From assembly GCF_009914755.1 (NCBI RefSeq), contig NC_060929.1: a DNA stretch of 64,000 nt; one strand, written 5' to 3'. The position numbers and the translations under genes were made by a program. The notes under the pieces were generated by a model. That model worked only from the letters and a program-made list of their open reading frames with translations, was not told the DNA's origin and made no database searches. Positions 36,810-54,119 of the stretch are shown here, in pieces; the first letter of the stretch is position 1, and the number at the start of each line of letters is the position of its first letter. The DNA comes from the human T2T-CHM13v2.0 reference genome, Homo sapiens.

Positions 36810-37340
36810 CCCTGTTTGCCCAGTGTGCCATCTCTACTTATTCTAGAAACAGAACCCTTCATTACTATGGGAAGCCTACTCCATGTGACTAGAGCTCCCT
36901 TCTCCACCTAGCCAATGAGGGTATTCTATCTTTGCAACCATAGGATACGTATGGAAACTGAAATAGGCCCGCCTCTTCCTGGGATTTCTGTACCAGAGCT
37001 AATAGGCACAGTTCTTTCTATGCAGTTGCTAAACCAGGGGAATTGAGTCTAGAGCAGCCATATGGAGAGTCCCCAACTATTTGAAAACTGAGGCCAAGAA
37101 GAGACATGTGAGATGTGAAGTGGAGAAAAACAGAGAGAGAGAAGGAGAGAGCTAAAGAGGGAGGGATGAGGGTGGCGATAACACAGTTCAAATTCTAGAT
37201 CCACCTCCGTCTAAAGCCAGAAGTAACCCAGACGTGGTAGTAACAGGAGCTGATAAATTCCCTTTTTGTTTTAGTTTATGCCAGTCTGAGTTATGTCTCT
37301 ATGTCTCTCTCACTCACAGCTGCAAGAATCCTGAGTAGTT
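36810..37340 (+). mobile_element. MLT1J/K-like old MaLR LTR
   Basis: GATAAATTCCCTTTTTGTTTTAG..GCCAGTCTGAG..GCAAGAATCCTGAG 3' motifs. Confidence 0.55.
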
Positions 37341-38569
37341 CACACACATGCGTAAACAATAACTTGCACAAGTGATTTAGTGGGTCCTGTTAGAAATCAA
37401 CCTGGAAGGCTGATGATAACCAGTGTGCCCAGAAAAAGACAGACTCTATTCTAGTCCTGTTTGTACCTTCTTCTGTGTGCCTAAGACCACACGGGTTTGC
37501 AGGACCACTTTCTCCTTAATGTTTGTGCAGAAAATGGCTCTCCCATTGGGCTATTTTGTGTCATATTCTAGGTAACACTTTTAAGCATCCTCTCAACAGC
37601 AGGGGCAAAGAAGTCAACTTTCATTGCTATATACCCAGTGTTCTGTGGGCTATAATATTATATAAAATTACAAATGCATTTTCCCATCACATACAAATTG
37701 TTAAGCTATGAATGAGCATCCCTAAAGATGCTAGGGACGCTCATTCATAGCTAGAAATTTTATTATTTTCCCCCTTTTACAGACATTTTATAGCATAATA
37801 AAATGCTATCTATAATAGCACAATAAATTGCTATCCATAGCAATGGCTGTCTAGATAAGTTAGGTAGGGACACTTGGAAAGGTACGAACAGCACCATGAG
37901 CTTCTCCTTGTACTGCTACTGCCTATCAATGGCAGCAGCCCCTCAAAGAGGACATTCAACAAAGATAACATTACATAATACTTTTCAATTTTCTTTTGGT
38001 GGGACACTTGCCAGGAGGCTGAAGGTGGAGAATACCCTAGAAAATCTGGAGAGAGATCTTGCTTTGGCCACAGGAATAAACCAGAGACATCTAATTAGAA
38101 GAAGAGTTCAGAGCAGGTTGAGGTCAGAGCAATGATGCTTTACTATTTACAGTTGTTGAAGCTTCACACAAAACTTACTTCTGATCATTAGCTGAGAAAG
38201 AAAGATCTGGATTCAGTGACTTCCCTTCTCATTTAAACACACATGGTTCATGGTGGAATTCCATGCCTTATTCTGGGTCTCGGGTGACTGAGGGCCATAG
38301 CTGGTCAGTGGCTGATGCTTCCAGGTGTTGGAAGTGGGACATTCATAATTTCCCTAATACTGGGGTGGTCAGAATGGCTGATGGTGCCTGATCTCCCTGC
38401 TTGAGCTGCCCGTGAAACCTTCCTGGGTCCACAAGAGAAAGATACAGAAGTAGCTCAGGGCTCTTGCACTTCTTCCTTACCAACTTCTCTCTCCCAATTA
38501 GGAAAGTTTCCATCATTGTGATGAAACAAGGAAGCAATTTTTGAAATGCCTACTGAAGAATTTTCCTCT

Positions 38570-38730
38570 TGGTGTTCCTCCCCCTCTGCCCCTCCCTCCT
38601 TCCCCTTCTTGCGCTTCCTCTTTTCCTTCTCCTTCTTCCACTCCTCTTTCTCCTCCTCCTGTTTCTCTTAATCCACATCCTCCTCCCCTTCCTCCTCCTC
38701 CTCCTTCTCTTCTGGTAGCCTCTCCTCTAC
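38570..38730. repeat. CT-rich low-complexity tract
   Basis: Degenerate (CCT)n/(CTT)n run. Confidence 0.85.
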
Positions 38731-39475
38731 CGAGAGCATGCTGTGAGGCTGAAGCAGGGAACAAGGAGGATCTGGTGTGAGGGAAGTCCCAACAGGTAGA
38801 AGGGGAAGGAGAGAGACTTCATTGCTTGTTAAGGTCAAATTCCCAGGGGCATCAGGATGAATAGAAACTCCGAAGTATGCCAGAAAGGTGGGGAAGGCAA
38901 TCCCTGAGCAGAAAGCTTGTTTCTGGTTTTCCAGGTTCAGCCTAGGGAGAGCAGAAGGAAGCATTCAGACGGAAAGTTCTTGGGGAGTGCACCAACCCTG
39001 AGGGACACATACATCAGCCCAGGCTCTTTTGCATGCCACCACGGGAGGACACTGAGGGCTGACAGAGCAGTGGGCCACCAGATGAGTAGGGCAGGAGGCT
39101 GCAGAATGCAGAAATGTCCAACCCAAAGCAAGAGGCAGGGACCAGAGCCATCAGCAACACATGCCAGCACCACTCCACACACATCAGGCAGATCTGGACA
39201 TGAGCGGGGAAGTTCCAGTATTAAGCTAGATTAACCATTTGTAGTCAAATGAGAAGAACCTGGATTCCTTTAATTCACTGTTTAGTCCTTCAACAAATAT
39301 GCATTGAGTGCCTAGTGTGTGCGTGTGTGTGTGGGGGGGGGGGGTGGGTGGGTGGGTGTTGGACCCTATTCTAGGCACTGGAGATTCAGCAATGAGAGAG
39401 ACCAAATCCCTGTCCATGTGTGGCCCATATCCCTGCAGGGGAGATGATAATATATTTGGAAAGATGAAAGAAGAG

Positions 39476-39876
39476 TGTTCTGGGCTGAATTGTGTCCCCC
39501 CAAATTTATATGTTGAAGCCTTAATTCCCAGTACCTCCAATGGGACTATGTGGAGATGGGCCCTTTAAAGTGGTGATTGTGTGAAAATGAGGCTATTAAG
39601 TTGGGCCCTAATCCAATATGACTGGTGTCCTTACAAGAAGAGAAGATAAGGACACGGAGAGACACCAGGGGTATGCTCACACAGAGGAAAGGCCAGGTGA
39701 AGACACAGCCAGAAGGCTGCCACCTGCAAGCCCAGGAGAGAGGCCCCAGGAGAAACCAGCCCTGCTGATGCCTTGATCTTGGACTTCCAGCCTCCAGAAC
39801 TGGAGAAAATAAGTTTACATTGTTTATGCACCCACACTGTGGTATTTTGTTATGGAAGCCCTAGCAAATGGATACA
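39476..39876 (+). mobile_element. MLT1B LTR inserted in an L2 fragment (~39270-40120)
   Basis: GGGCTGAATTGTGTCCCCCCAAATTTATATGTTGAAG...GGTATTTTGTTATGGAAGCCCTAGCAAA. Confidence 0.85.
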
Positions 39877-40491
39877 AAAAATCATTGTATTATGAGACTA
39901 TGGGCAAATGAATAAGAAAATATGGTTCAGGTGATTGTAAGTAGGGTAAGGGGGTAAGAAATGGCAGTGGGGTGGGGTTATTTTAGATAGGATGATGGGG
40001 CAAGATTTCTCTGAGCGGGTGATGTCTCAGCAGACGTCTAAATATTACAACTCAGCAAGCCACAGGAGCTTTTGGAGGAGAGACCCCAGTAAACAAAGGC
40101 TTGAGGTGTTCAGGTGACAGCATTAGACTGGGGGTAATACTTCTCCCTTCTTCCTGGAGGAATGCCTATAACCCTCACCTCACCTGTGCAAACAACTGAA
40201 TTCTAACTCTTTCTTCAAGGCATATCTCAAATGCTACTTACTTTATTCTAGACTGACCACTGCAGCCAAGATTAAACTCTCCAGCTTTGGAATTTCAATG
40301 ACTTTTTAAAAATACAGATATATCTTGTAGATATTGCAGGTCTGGTTCCAGAACACCACAGTAAGGTGAATATCACAATACAGTGAGTCACAATTTTTTA
40401 AAATTTCCCAGTGCATATAAAAGTTATGTTTATATTATACTGCAGTCTGTTAAATGTGCAATATCATTATGTCTAAAAAGATGTACATACC

Positions 40492-40788
40492 GGCCAGGCA
40501 TGGTGGCTCACGCCTGTAATCCCAGCACTTTGGGAGGCCAAGGCAGACAGATCACGAGGTCAAGAGATCAAGACAAGCCTGGTCAACATGGTGAAACTCC
40601 ATCTCTACTAAAAATACAAAAATTAGCTGGACGTGGTGGTATGTGCCTGCAGTCCCAGCTATCTGGGAGGCTGATACAGGAGAATTGCTTAAACCCAGGA
40701 GTTGGACGTTGCAGTGAGCCGAGATCGCACCACTGTACTACAGCCTGGCGACAGAGAGACTCCATCTCAAAAAAAAAAAAAAAAAAAA
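40492..40788 (+). mobile_element. AluSc
   Basis: TSD AAAGATGTACATACC. Confidence 0.9.
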
Positions 40789-41213
40789 GATGTACATACC
40801 TTGATTAAAAATCCTTTATTGCTAAAAAATGCTAACAATTATCTGAGCCTTCAGTGGGTCATGATCTTTTTGCTGGTGAAGGGTCTTGCCTTGATGCCAA
40901 TAGCTGCTGACTCATCAGGGTGGTGGTTGCTAAAGGCTGGGGTGACTGTGGCAATTTCTTAAAATAAGACAACAATGAAGTTTGTCACATCAATGGACTC
41001 TTCCTTTTAGGGAAGATTTCTTTGTAGTATGCAGTGCTACTAGTTTTACCCACAGTAGAACTTCTTTCAAAACTGGAGTCAATCCTCTCAAACCCTGCTG
41101 CTGCTGCTTTATCAACTAAGTCTATGTAATAATCTAACTCATTTATTGTCATTTCAATAATGTTCACAGAATCTTCATAGGGAGTAGATTCCATCTCAAA
41201 AAAGTCACTTTCT

Positions 41214-41564
<351 letters not shown>

Positions 41565-44179
41565 TTATGAGATTGCAGCAGTTTTGCCCCATCTTCAAGC
41601 TCTGTTTCTAATTCTAGTGCTCTTGCTGTTCCCACCATATCTGCAGTTCTTTCCTTCAGTGGAGTCTTGAAACCCTCAAAATCATCCCTGAGGGTTGAAA
41701 TCAATTTCCTCCAAACTCTTGTTAATATTTATATTTTGACTTCTTCCCATGAATCAGGGATGTTCCTAATGACATCTAAAGTAATGAATGCTTTCAGAGA
41801 TTTTCAATTTACTTTGCTGAAAACCATTAGAGGAATCACTATCTGTGGCAGCTATAGTGTTACAAAATGTATTTCTTATATAATAAGACTTCAAAGTTGA
41901 AATTACTCCTTGATCTATGGTCTGCAGAATGGATGCAACCCTCACCTCCCTGTGCATCTCCATCAGAATTCTTGGGTGACCAGGTGCCTTGTCAATGAGC
42001 AGTAATATTTTGAAAGAAATTTTTTTTTCTGAGCAGGTCTAAACTGTTGGCTTAAAATATTCATGCTGTAAGCCGATATGCTGTCAGCTAGGCTTTGTTG
42101 TTCCATTTCTAGAGCATAGCAGAGTTAATTTAGTATAATTCTTAAGGACTCCAGGATTTTCAGAATGGTAAATGAGCATTGATTTTAACTTCAAGTCACC
42201 AGCTGCATTAGTCCCTAAGAAAAAATCAGCCTGCCCTTTGAAGCTTTGAAGCCAGGCACTGACTTCTGTCTAGCTATGAAAGTCCTAGATGGCATCTTCT
42301 TCCAATAGAAGGCTGTTTCATCTGTATTGAAAATCTGCTGCTTAGTGTAGCCACATCCACCAGTGATCTTAGCTTGGTCTTCTGAATAACTTGCTGCAGC
42401 TTCGACATCAGCACTTGCTGTGTCTCCTTGCACTTTTATGTTATGGAGACAGATTGTTTTCCTTAAACCTCATGAATCAACCTCTGCTAGCTTCCAACTT
42501 TCCTTCTGCTGCTTCCTTGCCTCTCTCAGCCTTCATAGAAGGCTTTGCTCTTCATTTAGGGCTTTGCTCTGGACTAGGCTTTGTCTCAAGGGAATGTTGT
42601 GGCTAGTTTGATCTTCTATCCAGACCACTCAAACTTCCTCCACATCAGCAATAAGGCTCTTTCACTTTCTCATCATTTGTGTGTTCACTGCAGTCGCACT
42701 TTTAATTTCCTTCAAGAATTTTTCCTTTGCATTCACAACTTGGCTATTTGGCGCAAGAGATCTAGCTTTTGGTTTAACTCAGCTTTTGACTGACCTTGGC
42801 TCTCACCATGCCTTTTTCACTAAGCTCAATCATCTCTAGCTTTTGATTTAAAGTGAGAGACGTGTGACTCTTCCTTTTTCTTGAACAGTTAGAGGCCATT
42901 GCGGGGTTACTAATTGGTCTAATTTCAACATTGTCATGTCTTAGGGAATAAGGAGGCCCAAGGAGAGGGAGGGAGACAGGGAAATGGCTGGTCAGTGGAG
43001 CAGTTAAACACATACAACATTTATTAGGTTTGCCATCCTATATAAGTATGGTTCATGGTGTCCCCAAAATAATCACAATAGTAAGTAATATCAAAGATCA
43101 CTGATCACAGATGACCATAACATGACCATAAAATAAGAACATGGCAGTCTTATTTTAACATATAAAGTAAGAATGGGATAATTAAAAATACTGCAAGTAT
43201 TACTAAAATGTGACACAGAGAAGACATGAAGAGAGCAAACGCTATTGGAAAAATGTGTGCCAAGAGACTTGATGCAGGGTTTCCACAAACCTTCAATTTG
43301 TTAAAAAAAAAAAAAAAAGAACTAGCTGAGAAGTGTAACAAAGCAAAGCATAATAAAATGAGGTATCCTTGTATCTCTTCTTATGCTCTTTTTGTTTGCA
43401 AGTAAATGCAGTATAGTAATTGTATTGTTGGCCACCTATAGTACCAGGTATTTTGCTAAATATTTCTGGGTTCAAAGAAAATTAAAATGGTTCTGTGGTA
43501 AATAGTTTCTAAAAATCTTCAACAGCAGGTGAGAGAGGACACTGGAGGCAAACTCACTGTTTTGAGTTTTGGGGAGAGAGTCTCTATCATAAGGAAATAT
43601 TATGAGCAGAACAATTTTTAACTCTACATAATCTTTCTTGCCTGAGGTCTCTTAGGGGAGGACTTGATACCTAATGCTCTGTAAGCCATTGTGCAGCTAA
43701 GGAGGAGAACCCAAAAGAATGACAGATGCCATCACAAAACCTTGGTATTACAGAGCCCCTGAACAAAACTTGGACCCCAAGCATCTACATGTTGCTATCC
43801 TTAAAGGAATGTATAAACTCTTGAAGAAAGGGCATAAGGTACAGATAATCAACCACAATGAATGCAAAGTAAGGGTCTTAAGAGAGATACAAAGTGATTT
43901 GGAGGTGCAGTGATGGAAAAGAATATCTGGTTGCAGTGGGGCTATCAGAGAGGTCTTCATGAAGGAGGTAGCATATAAGTGAGTTTGAAGGGCTGCATAA
44001 GGTTTCATCAAGCTGAAATGGGGTGTGGACATAAAAGAATTGGAAACACTGAGAGTGCATTTCAGGTGGGTAGGGCTGGAGAGACAGGTGAAAGGCATGT
44101 TGTGGAAAGCATTGCATGTGTGATAAGGAGATCACATTCCAGTTATTTGCCTACATACTTCACTACACAACATGCCACA

Positions 44180-44737
44180 GTTACCACAAGGCTTAGGACA
44201 ATGTCTTTGAGACCAAGATGACAAACACAGCCTGTACATTGTTGGGTGGCTGCATCCTATGGTGTTTCTACATGTTTCATGATAGCTTTTATCTTGAATA
44301 ATCTTTTCCGGCATGTTGGTATAGTGAACAGCCTTGGAAAATAAAGATAGTGTTTCCTATTGTGTCAGAAGGCAAATTTTTTCCTGACCAGGCTTATAAA
44401 GATAACATCTTCCGCTGGAGCAAAGGTTGGGCAGATTTGTTAGCAGTCCCCTCATAAAAATCAAGGTTTTTCAAGCTCAAAGTCCTTCAGCTATGACATA
44501 GATCTACTGTGTATATGACATCCACCTGGCCCTGCCATCATCATCCCCATGAGACTAGGAGGGACAAGAACCAGCGTGAACATAAAGCTCATAGTTCCTG
44601 CAGTGCTGTGAATAATAAAGTCCTTTGTCTCTGACCCAGGAGCATTGTGTCTTCTGCCAGCATCTATGAAACTATGGCAGACTAATTTGTTAGCTTGCAA
44701 GTAGCATAAAATCTCAGACCCTTCTTAGTTCCTGACA
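44180..44737 (+). mobile_element. ERVL-type LTR (MER77/MER21/MER68 group)
   Basis: AATAAAGTCCTTTGTCTCTGACCCAGGAG...TTAGCTTGCAAGTAG..AAAATCTCAGACCCTTC..GACA end. Confidence 0.65.
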
Positions 44738-44840
44738 TGCACATTTGGTTATATGTATAATAATATTAATAAACAATAATCAATAATTATTGGGATTATT
44801 GATAATAATACTTTATAATAGGTCATTGGATTATTAATAA

Positions 44841-45076
<236 letters not shown>

Positions 45077-45119
45077 AAGATAATATTTTTAATATGAATT
45101 AGTAGTTCATTATTTTTAT

Positions 45120-45365
45120 AACTGACATATATTAGGCACTTACAGGGTGCTGGGCACTTCTGAACACTACCCACACCATTTCATTTAGTTTTCACAAGAA
45201 TACAATGAAGTAGGAACCGTTATTACTCTCACTGTCCTGATGAAGAAGTTGAGATTTAGAGAAGTGAGTAAATGGCCCACAGCCATGCAACTGGGAATGA
45301 TGAAACCTGGATAGAAGCCATGTCTGTCTGATTGTAAAAGGGCAACTATTAATACTATCTGCCTC
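45120..45365 (-). mobile_element. MIR
   Basis: Antisense MIR core (GATGAAGAAGTTGAGATTTAGAGAAGTGAGTAAATGGCCCA). Confidence 0.7.
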
Positions 45366-45469
45366 CCATTCAAACCCATAGTGAGTTAGCTTTGAGGTGG
45401 TCTTAGTGGTGTTGGAAATACCAAACAGGAGATCAGGTGAGAACAGAGCTAGAGAAGAGTCTTGGAACC

Positions 45470-45827
45470 TGCTCTTCAATGAATGTTTGGGTCCCCAAAA
45501 AATCTGTATGTTGAAACCCAATTCCCATTTGATGCTATTAGGAGATTGGGATTTGGGGAGGTAATTAGGTCATGAGGATGGAGCCCTTGTGAATGGGATT
45601 AGTGCCTTTATAAAAGAAGCCCCAGAGAGCTCCCTCACCCCTTCTGCCACGTGAGGACACAGGGAAGATGGCTGTCTATGAACCATGAAGTGGGCCCTCA
45701 ACAGGCACCAAACGTGCTGATGCTTTGATCTTGGACTTTCAAGCTTCCAGAACTTGGCAAATAAATGTTTGTTCATGAGCCACCCAGTCTGGGTATTCTA
45801 TTATAGGGGCCTAAATGGACTAAGACA
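45470..45827 (+). mobile_element. MLT1A LTR
   Basis: GGTCATGAGGATGGAGCCCT..GGATTAGTGCCTTTATAAAAGA..GGACTAAGACA. Confidence 0.85.
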
Positions 45828-46286
45828 GAATTACAAGAGTAGCCATTTCCTATTGTAAAAGCTAGTTAAAGCACGGAATTGAAACAAAGAAAGATGTATC
45901 CGTGGCTTATACATTTTACATTAACTAATGTAAATATCTATTTATTCTCCCATTTTGTGACGTGAGACCAAAGGCCTTTCTTTGCACCTGGGTCTGCTAA
46001 TTGGACTTCTAAATCACTGTTCCCAAATAGCCACACCTGAAATGCACTGTCTTCCATTTTCAGACTTTCAGCAGAATCTGAATTTATCAAGCAGTCTAAG
46101 TATAGCATCATTATAGATTTGTTGGACTCTCCCCTCCAACCCTTCATCCCATTGCCTTTACCATCCCAAATTAATAGCCCTGTTAATTGACTCATTCATT
46201 TGTAGCAACAGCATCCAACTTAATTGCCATAGAAGCAACTCTTTTTTTGTAATCACCTTTCAGTGGCTCTGTAATATTGAATTATA

Positions 46287-46568
<282 letters not shown>

Positions 46569-47342
46569 TTAATTATAAAATTACGATAATCAGAACTGAT
46601 GCTGACCGTTGGGAAGTGTGTGACTCAACTCCTTTGGTAGGGACAGAAGTGCCTGGTGTTCTGGAGGGTGGCAAGCCAGTGCGAGTGTGTGGCACACTGT
46701 GAGCAGCATCTGTGTGTCTTAAAAGGAATGAGAGTACTGGCTATTCCAGTAAGTCACTCACGAGAGGGCTTGTACTGTACTGGGCTGGAGATGGTGACCA
46801 AGTTCACAAAGAAACTGGAAAGAAGAGGTGAATTACCCAAACTTGGTCTTAAAATTCTGCCCTCACATGATGCTGCTCCTGCAGCGTAGCCAATACAAAG
46901 TCTAAAAGATGCATTCTGTTAGAAGCGGGTTCAAGATGGGCAGTGCCTGCCTGCTTTTTTTTTTCCGATATATTTGCCTAGAATATTTACACTCACATAT
47001 CTGTATTTGAAAATTCATTTAGCCAATGTGAAAATTAAGGAGGATATTACTGAAAAAAACCAAGAACAAACAGCAAGTTCAGTTAAAAAAATTCCTTTGT
47101 CCTAATTCAGTGTGATCTTAAATTTGGGCAGTGCAGCTATCCATACTCTCTTGTCTGTTAAGGGGGAAGGGAACGGGGTCTCTTTAGCCCCCATAATCAA
47201 AATTAATCAAAATTAAATTGATTTTTATGAACTCTCACTTTTTGAAAAGTAACATCCAGCACAATGTTGGATACATGATTTTGTTCTTTATTGTGAGGAT
47301 TTTGCTTTTCAAAAACAGTTGTGTTCTCATCATCTTGACTGG

Positions 47343-47704
47343 TGATATGGTTTGGCTGTGTTCCACCCAAATCTCATCTTGAATTGTAGCTGTCATAATT
47401 CCCACATGTTTCGGGAGGGACCCTGTGGGAGATAATTGAATCATGGGGACGGTTTCCCCCATACTATTCTTGTGGTGGAGAATAAGTCTCATGAGATCTG
47501 ATGGTTTTATAAGGGGAAACCCCTTTCACCTGGTTCTCATTCTCTCTTTGACAGCTGCCATATAAAATGTGCCTTTCGCCTTCTGCCATGATTGTGAGGC
47601 ATCCCCAGCCACATGGAACTGTGAGTCCATCAAATCTCTTTTCCTTTATAAATTACCTAGTCTTGGGTACATCTTTATCAGCAGTGTGAAAACAGACTAA
47701 TACA
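47343..47704 (+). mobile_element. THE1C solo LTR
   Basis: TGATATGGTTTGGCTGTG...GACTAATACA; TSD ACTGG / GCTGG. Confidence 0.9.
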
Positions 47705-48275
47705 GCTGGTATGACAAACTCCACAAGCATCTGTGTAAACAATCTTACCTTTTTAAGAGGAATATCAGCCCCTAAAAAATTGATTTTAAATCTCCTGAAC
47801 ATAAATACTCTTATTTATGAGAATGAAATTATACCCAAATGCCATATCCCAACTTAATAAAATCTCCTTTTTGAGGATACTGTACTGTCTTATTTGTTGC
47901 ATGTTATGTCTGTAACTTCTGGTCAATGAAAAAGAATGTACATTTATGAAGGTTTTTCATTGAATTTCATTGTTGTGTTGATGAGTAAATTATAATCCTC
48001 AGGGGGATGGCAGATCTATAGTAGTTGTGAGGGAAATAGCCTGTGTGATGTGGTAAATTTGAGTTTTCTGGTTTGTTCATCCTCCTTACACAGGCCAGCT
48101 TGTGTGTACATCTTTATTAATATTGATATGATCCTCTCAGAAGTGTTGGCCGTCTCAAAAGGATTAGTCACCTGATTGACATTTACCCCACCCCACCCTA
48201 GCCATTAATCTGAAGCTGCCTGAAAAATAAGCCTAAAGAATATGAATTACAACTAACCTTTGGTTCACACTTTCT

Positions 48276-48576
<301 letters not shown>

Positions 48577-48920
48577 TGGTTCACACTTTCTAAACAGAGA
48601 ATCTGCCTATCACAATAACCTAGAAACTTAAAACCACAGAAACCCTGGTACCACTCCAATCTCTACCTTAGAATCTCTGGGGCTGGAATCTGGTTTTGGT
48701 TTTCCAAAGCTTGCCCAACCTCCAAATGATTCCAGTTTGGGAAGCACTTAGACTGGAAGACTTTGTAAAACAGAGGCCAGTCCTTGTGGGGTGCCTTCAA
48801 AGTCTGCAGCATTAAAGCTGCTTTAAGGCTATCCAGCTGGGGTTTCCTTGACACTGAAAGGCGGTGCTGAGGATGTACCCAGACACCCGAAGGGCACAGG
48901 AACGGATCCATCATGGGTGT

Positions 48921-49824
<904 letters not shown>

Positions 49825-49830
49825 TCATAA

Positions 49831-50804
49831 TGTTACAGTAGGTAGTCAGTCAGACATAAGCAAGGCAGAAGGGGCCCCTGCTCCCACCAGGAATGTCAGG
49901 CAACCATCAGGTGATGGTAAGGTAGTTGTTAAACTATCTCTCTAAAATAATATTTGGTCACAGCCAGTGCCAGAGAAAGGCAGTATCCCAATAAATGGAA
50001 AACATCTGAAGCTGGTAATCAGCAGCTTTCAGATAAGATCGCAGGAGTTGGGCAAGTGGGCTCAAGTATATGCAGTAAAGGCACAATGGCGGAGTTTAAC
50101 TGGTATACGACTTTCTTTTTTTTTTCTTTTTTTTTTTTTTGAGACGGAGTCTCCCTCTGTCGCCGGGCTGGGGTGCAGTGGCGTGATCTCGGCTCACTGG
50201 AACCTCCGCCTCCCTGGTTCAAGTGTTTCTGCTGCCTCAGCCTCCTGAGTAGCTGGGACAACAGGCACACACGATGCATGTCCAGCTAATTTTTGTATTT
50301 TTTAGTGGAGAAGGGGTTTCACCATGTTGGCCAGGCTGGTGTCGATCTCTTGACCTGGTGATCTGCCCACCTTGGCCTCCCAAAATGCCCGGCTGGTATA
50401 TGATTTTCTAGGGACATTTGGCTGGTAAGGGAAGAACGCCTCAAGGGAGCCTGTGTACTACACACAGCACATGCGGCCCCTCCCAAGTGCTAGCAGGTCA
50501 CTGTGCATGCAGACAGCCCACCCCAAGGGAAGAATCAGAGGAGAAGGGACTCAAGACCCTGGAAGCATGCCAACATAAAAAACCCCAAGTCAAAGTCGCA
50601 TTTGAATCTCTCAAGTTGCCTGCTTGGCCCTCCTCCAAGTGTACTTTACTTCCTTTTGTTACTGTTCTAAAACATTTTAATAAACATTCACTCCTGCTCT
50701 AAAACTTGCCTCTGTCTCTCACTCTGCCTTATGCTCCTCGGTGGAATTCCTTCTTCTGAGGAAGCAAGAATTAAGGTGGCCATATGGATTTGCCACTGCT
50801 AACA
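49831..50804 (+). mobile_element. MER50 solo LTR interrupted by an Alu (50112-50392, minus)
   Basis: TGTTACAGTAGGTAGTCAG...GCCACTGCTAACA; 4-bp TSD ATAA. Confidence 0.78.
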
Positions 50805-50808
50805 ATAA

Positions 50809-51878
<1,070 letters not shown>

Positions 51879-52282
51879 TGGCAGACTCCTTTTAGGACCC
51901 TCCTTCCCTCACATCTGTTCCTTTCCACCTTGGGTATTTAAGGGAGCAGCTGGAGCAGCAGAAGGCCAGGCAGCTATCACAAATGCCATCACTGGTTATG
52001 GACACAGTGGGCTCACAAAACCCCCATCGTTTCCAAGATGGGGCTGGTCTCCTCACTCCTTTTCCCGTATACCAGCCTCAGTTTACACTTAAAGATCCCC
52101 TTTCCCCTTCAACTGCTGAATATATTCTGACCAACTGCAGTTGTGTAACACTGGCTTGGGGGAAGGAGAGGGGGCACTCACGTGTCGGGACCCCGCCCCT
52201 CTCCTTGCCTGGGATTGAAGACCTGGAGCCTCTCCTCTTTCTTTCTCTTCCCCAGCAGAGATCAAAGATGGCAGCCCTAGAT

Positions 52283-52585
52283 GCTGGGCACAGTGGCTTA
52301 TGTCTGTAATCTCAGCACTTTGGGAGGCCGAGGTGGGCGAATCACTTGAGGTCAGGAGTTCGAGACCAGCCTAGCCAACATGGCGGAAACCCCATCTCTA
52401 CTAAAAATACAAAAAATTAGCCAGTTGTGGTGGCATGTGCCTGTAATCCCAGCTACTCAGGAGGCTGAGGCAGGAGAATTGCTTGAGTCTGGGAGATGGA
52501 GGTTGCAGTGAGCCGAGATCACGTCACTGCGCTCCAGCCTGGGTGACAGAGCGAGACTCCGTCTCAAAAAAAAAAAAAAAAAAAA
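52283..52585 (+). mobile_element. AluSx-like
   Basis: 17-bp TSD AAAGATGGCAGCCCTAG. Confidence 0.9.
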
Positions 52586-53830
52586 GATGGCAGCCCTAGC
52601 TGAAGTGGAAGGTCTGTGCATTTCTCTGAGGAAATTCTAACCACATGAGGCATTACGTGGTACCCGGACTCTCCCTGTTACATTGAAAGTCTGTAAGTTA
52701 CAGAAGTTGCCCATTTACCTCTGACCTTTCAAGTTGCATGAGTGGATTTCCACCAAAAAAAAAAAAAAATCCTCAGATTGTAGTTTTCAAACTTAGTACA
52801 ATCACGGTGGTTCTCATTCTTTTCACCTGTTGAGGTTTGGAGGAAGATCTTCAAAAAGAAAAGAGGCCTTTAGAATACATTTCCTCCTGTGCAAGTGGAT
52901 GCTGTGAGTTTTGTCTTTGTACATAGAGGGCTCCAACTGACTGGAGGAGGCAGCCATAGGAGGGACTTCTGGGATTGTGCCCAGTTTGCCAAAACAAGCC
53001 CGAAATCCACCCCCAAAACAAAGTTGAATTTCTATGGTCACTGACAGTTAGTTGTCTTTTTTTGTTTTTTTTGGAAGCAAAGAAAGAAAAAAAAAAAAAA
53101 CCTTTGTGCATAACTAGGATATTCGGCAACAGGACATAGTAATACTCCAAAACTTACACTGTTTTTCTTCTCTTTTTGTCATTGCTGCAATGTTTTATAA
53201 GACTTTGCTTCAGAGCAAACCAGTTAGAGCCAACCGTGCCCAGTGTGGTAAATTCAGTTCCTCTCTGGTTTCCTGTCGGCCCTACAGGGAGAGACCCCTG
53301 TCGCCCCTGCTCCCTCCCATCAGCAACGCTCTTATCCTATTATAAACCCAGCCTGAAGTCCTTCATCTTTGCCCTGTGTTTTCTATTAGGGGGGTAATTA
53401 GGTCTCTTTTCCTGCCCCACCTGCTATCTCTTTTGTTTGCCCAAGCTGTTCCCTTGGAAAACAGCAGATGGTCGGGGCCAGAACAATAGCTTCGTGCTGC
53501 AAAGGTGGCAATGAGGAGAGGAACGAACTGTAAAGTATAATCCGGAATGGGCGTGGACAGACTTACTTACCAGAAGATAGAAGTTCACGCTGCCACCTTA
53601 GAGTAGAAACCACATGAAGCCTAGATTCTACACCCTCCTCATTCACAATCTGCTCAGGAGTGCCCGTGTCGGGGGTGAGGTTGCTGTCACCCACTCTCAG
53701 TCTCCCCAGTAGCTGAGACTGATGTCTCTTGCATCCTAAAACTTCTGTGAAATGTGAGCTGGTGAGAAACACATGGGATAAGGAAGCAATGATCTAATTT
53801 AAACGTAGGAAGGTTGAAAAGAAGCAGGGC

Positions 53831-54119
53831 AGCCCGGCTTGGTGGTTCACACCTGTCATCCCGGCACTTTGGGAGGCCAAGGTGGGCGGCTCACCTGAGG
53901 TCGGGAGTTCGAGACCAGCCTGACCAACATGGAGAAACCCCATCTCTACTAAAAATACAAAATTAGCTGGGCATGGTGGCGCATGCCTATAATCCCAGCT
54001 ACTCAGGAGCCTGAGGCAGGAGAATTTCTTGAACCCAGGCACTGGAGGTTGCAGTGAGCCGAGAACACGCCATTGCACTCCAGGCTGGGCAACAAGAGCG
54101 AAACTCCATCTCAAAAAAG
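53831..54119 (+). mobile_element. AluSp
   Basis: GACCAACATGGAGAAACCC diagnostic; TSD AAAAGAAGCAGGGC. Confidence 0.9.

Noticed and set aside
38513-38964. Pro-rich and Glu/Gly-rich ORFs
   Set aside because: Translation of a CT-rich low-complexity tract.
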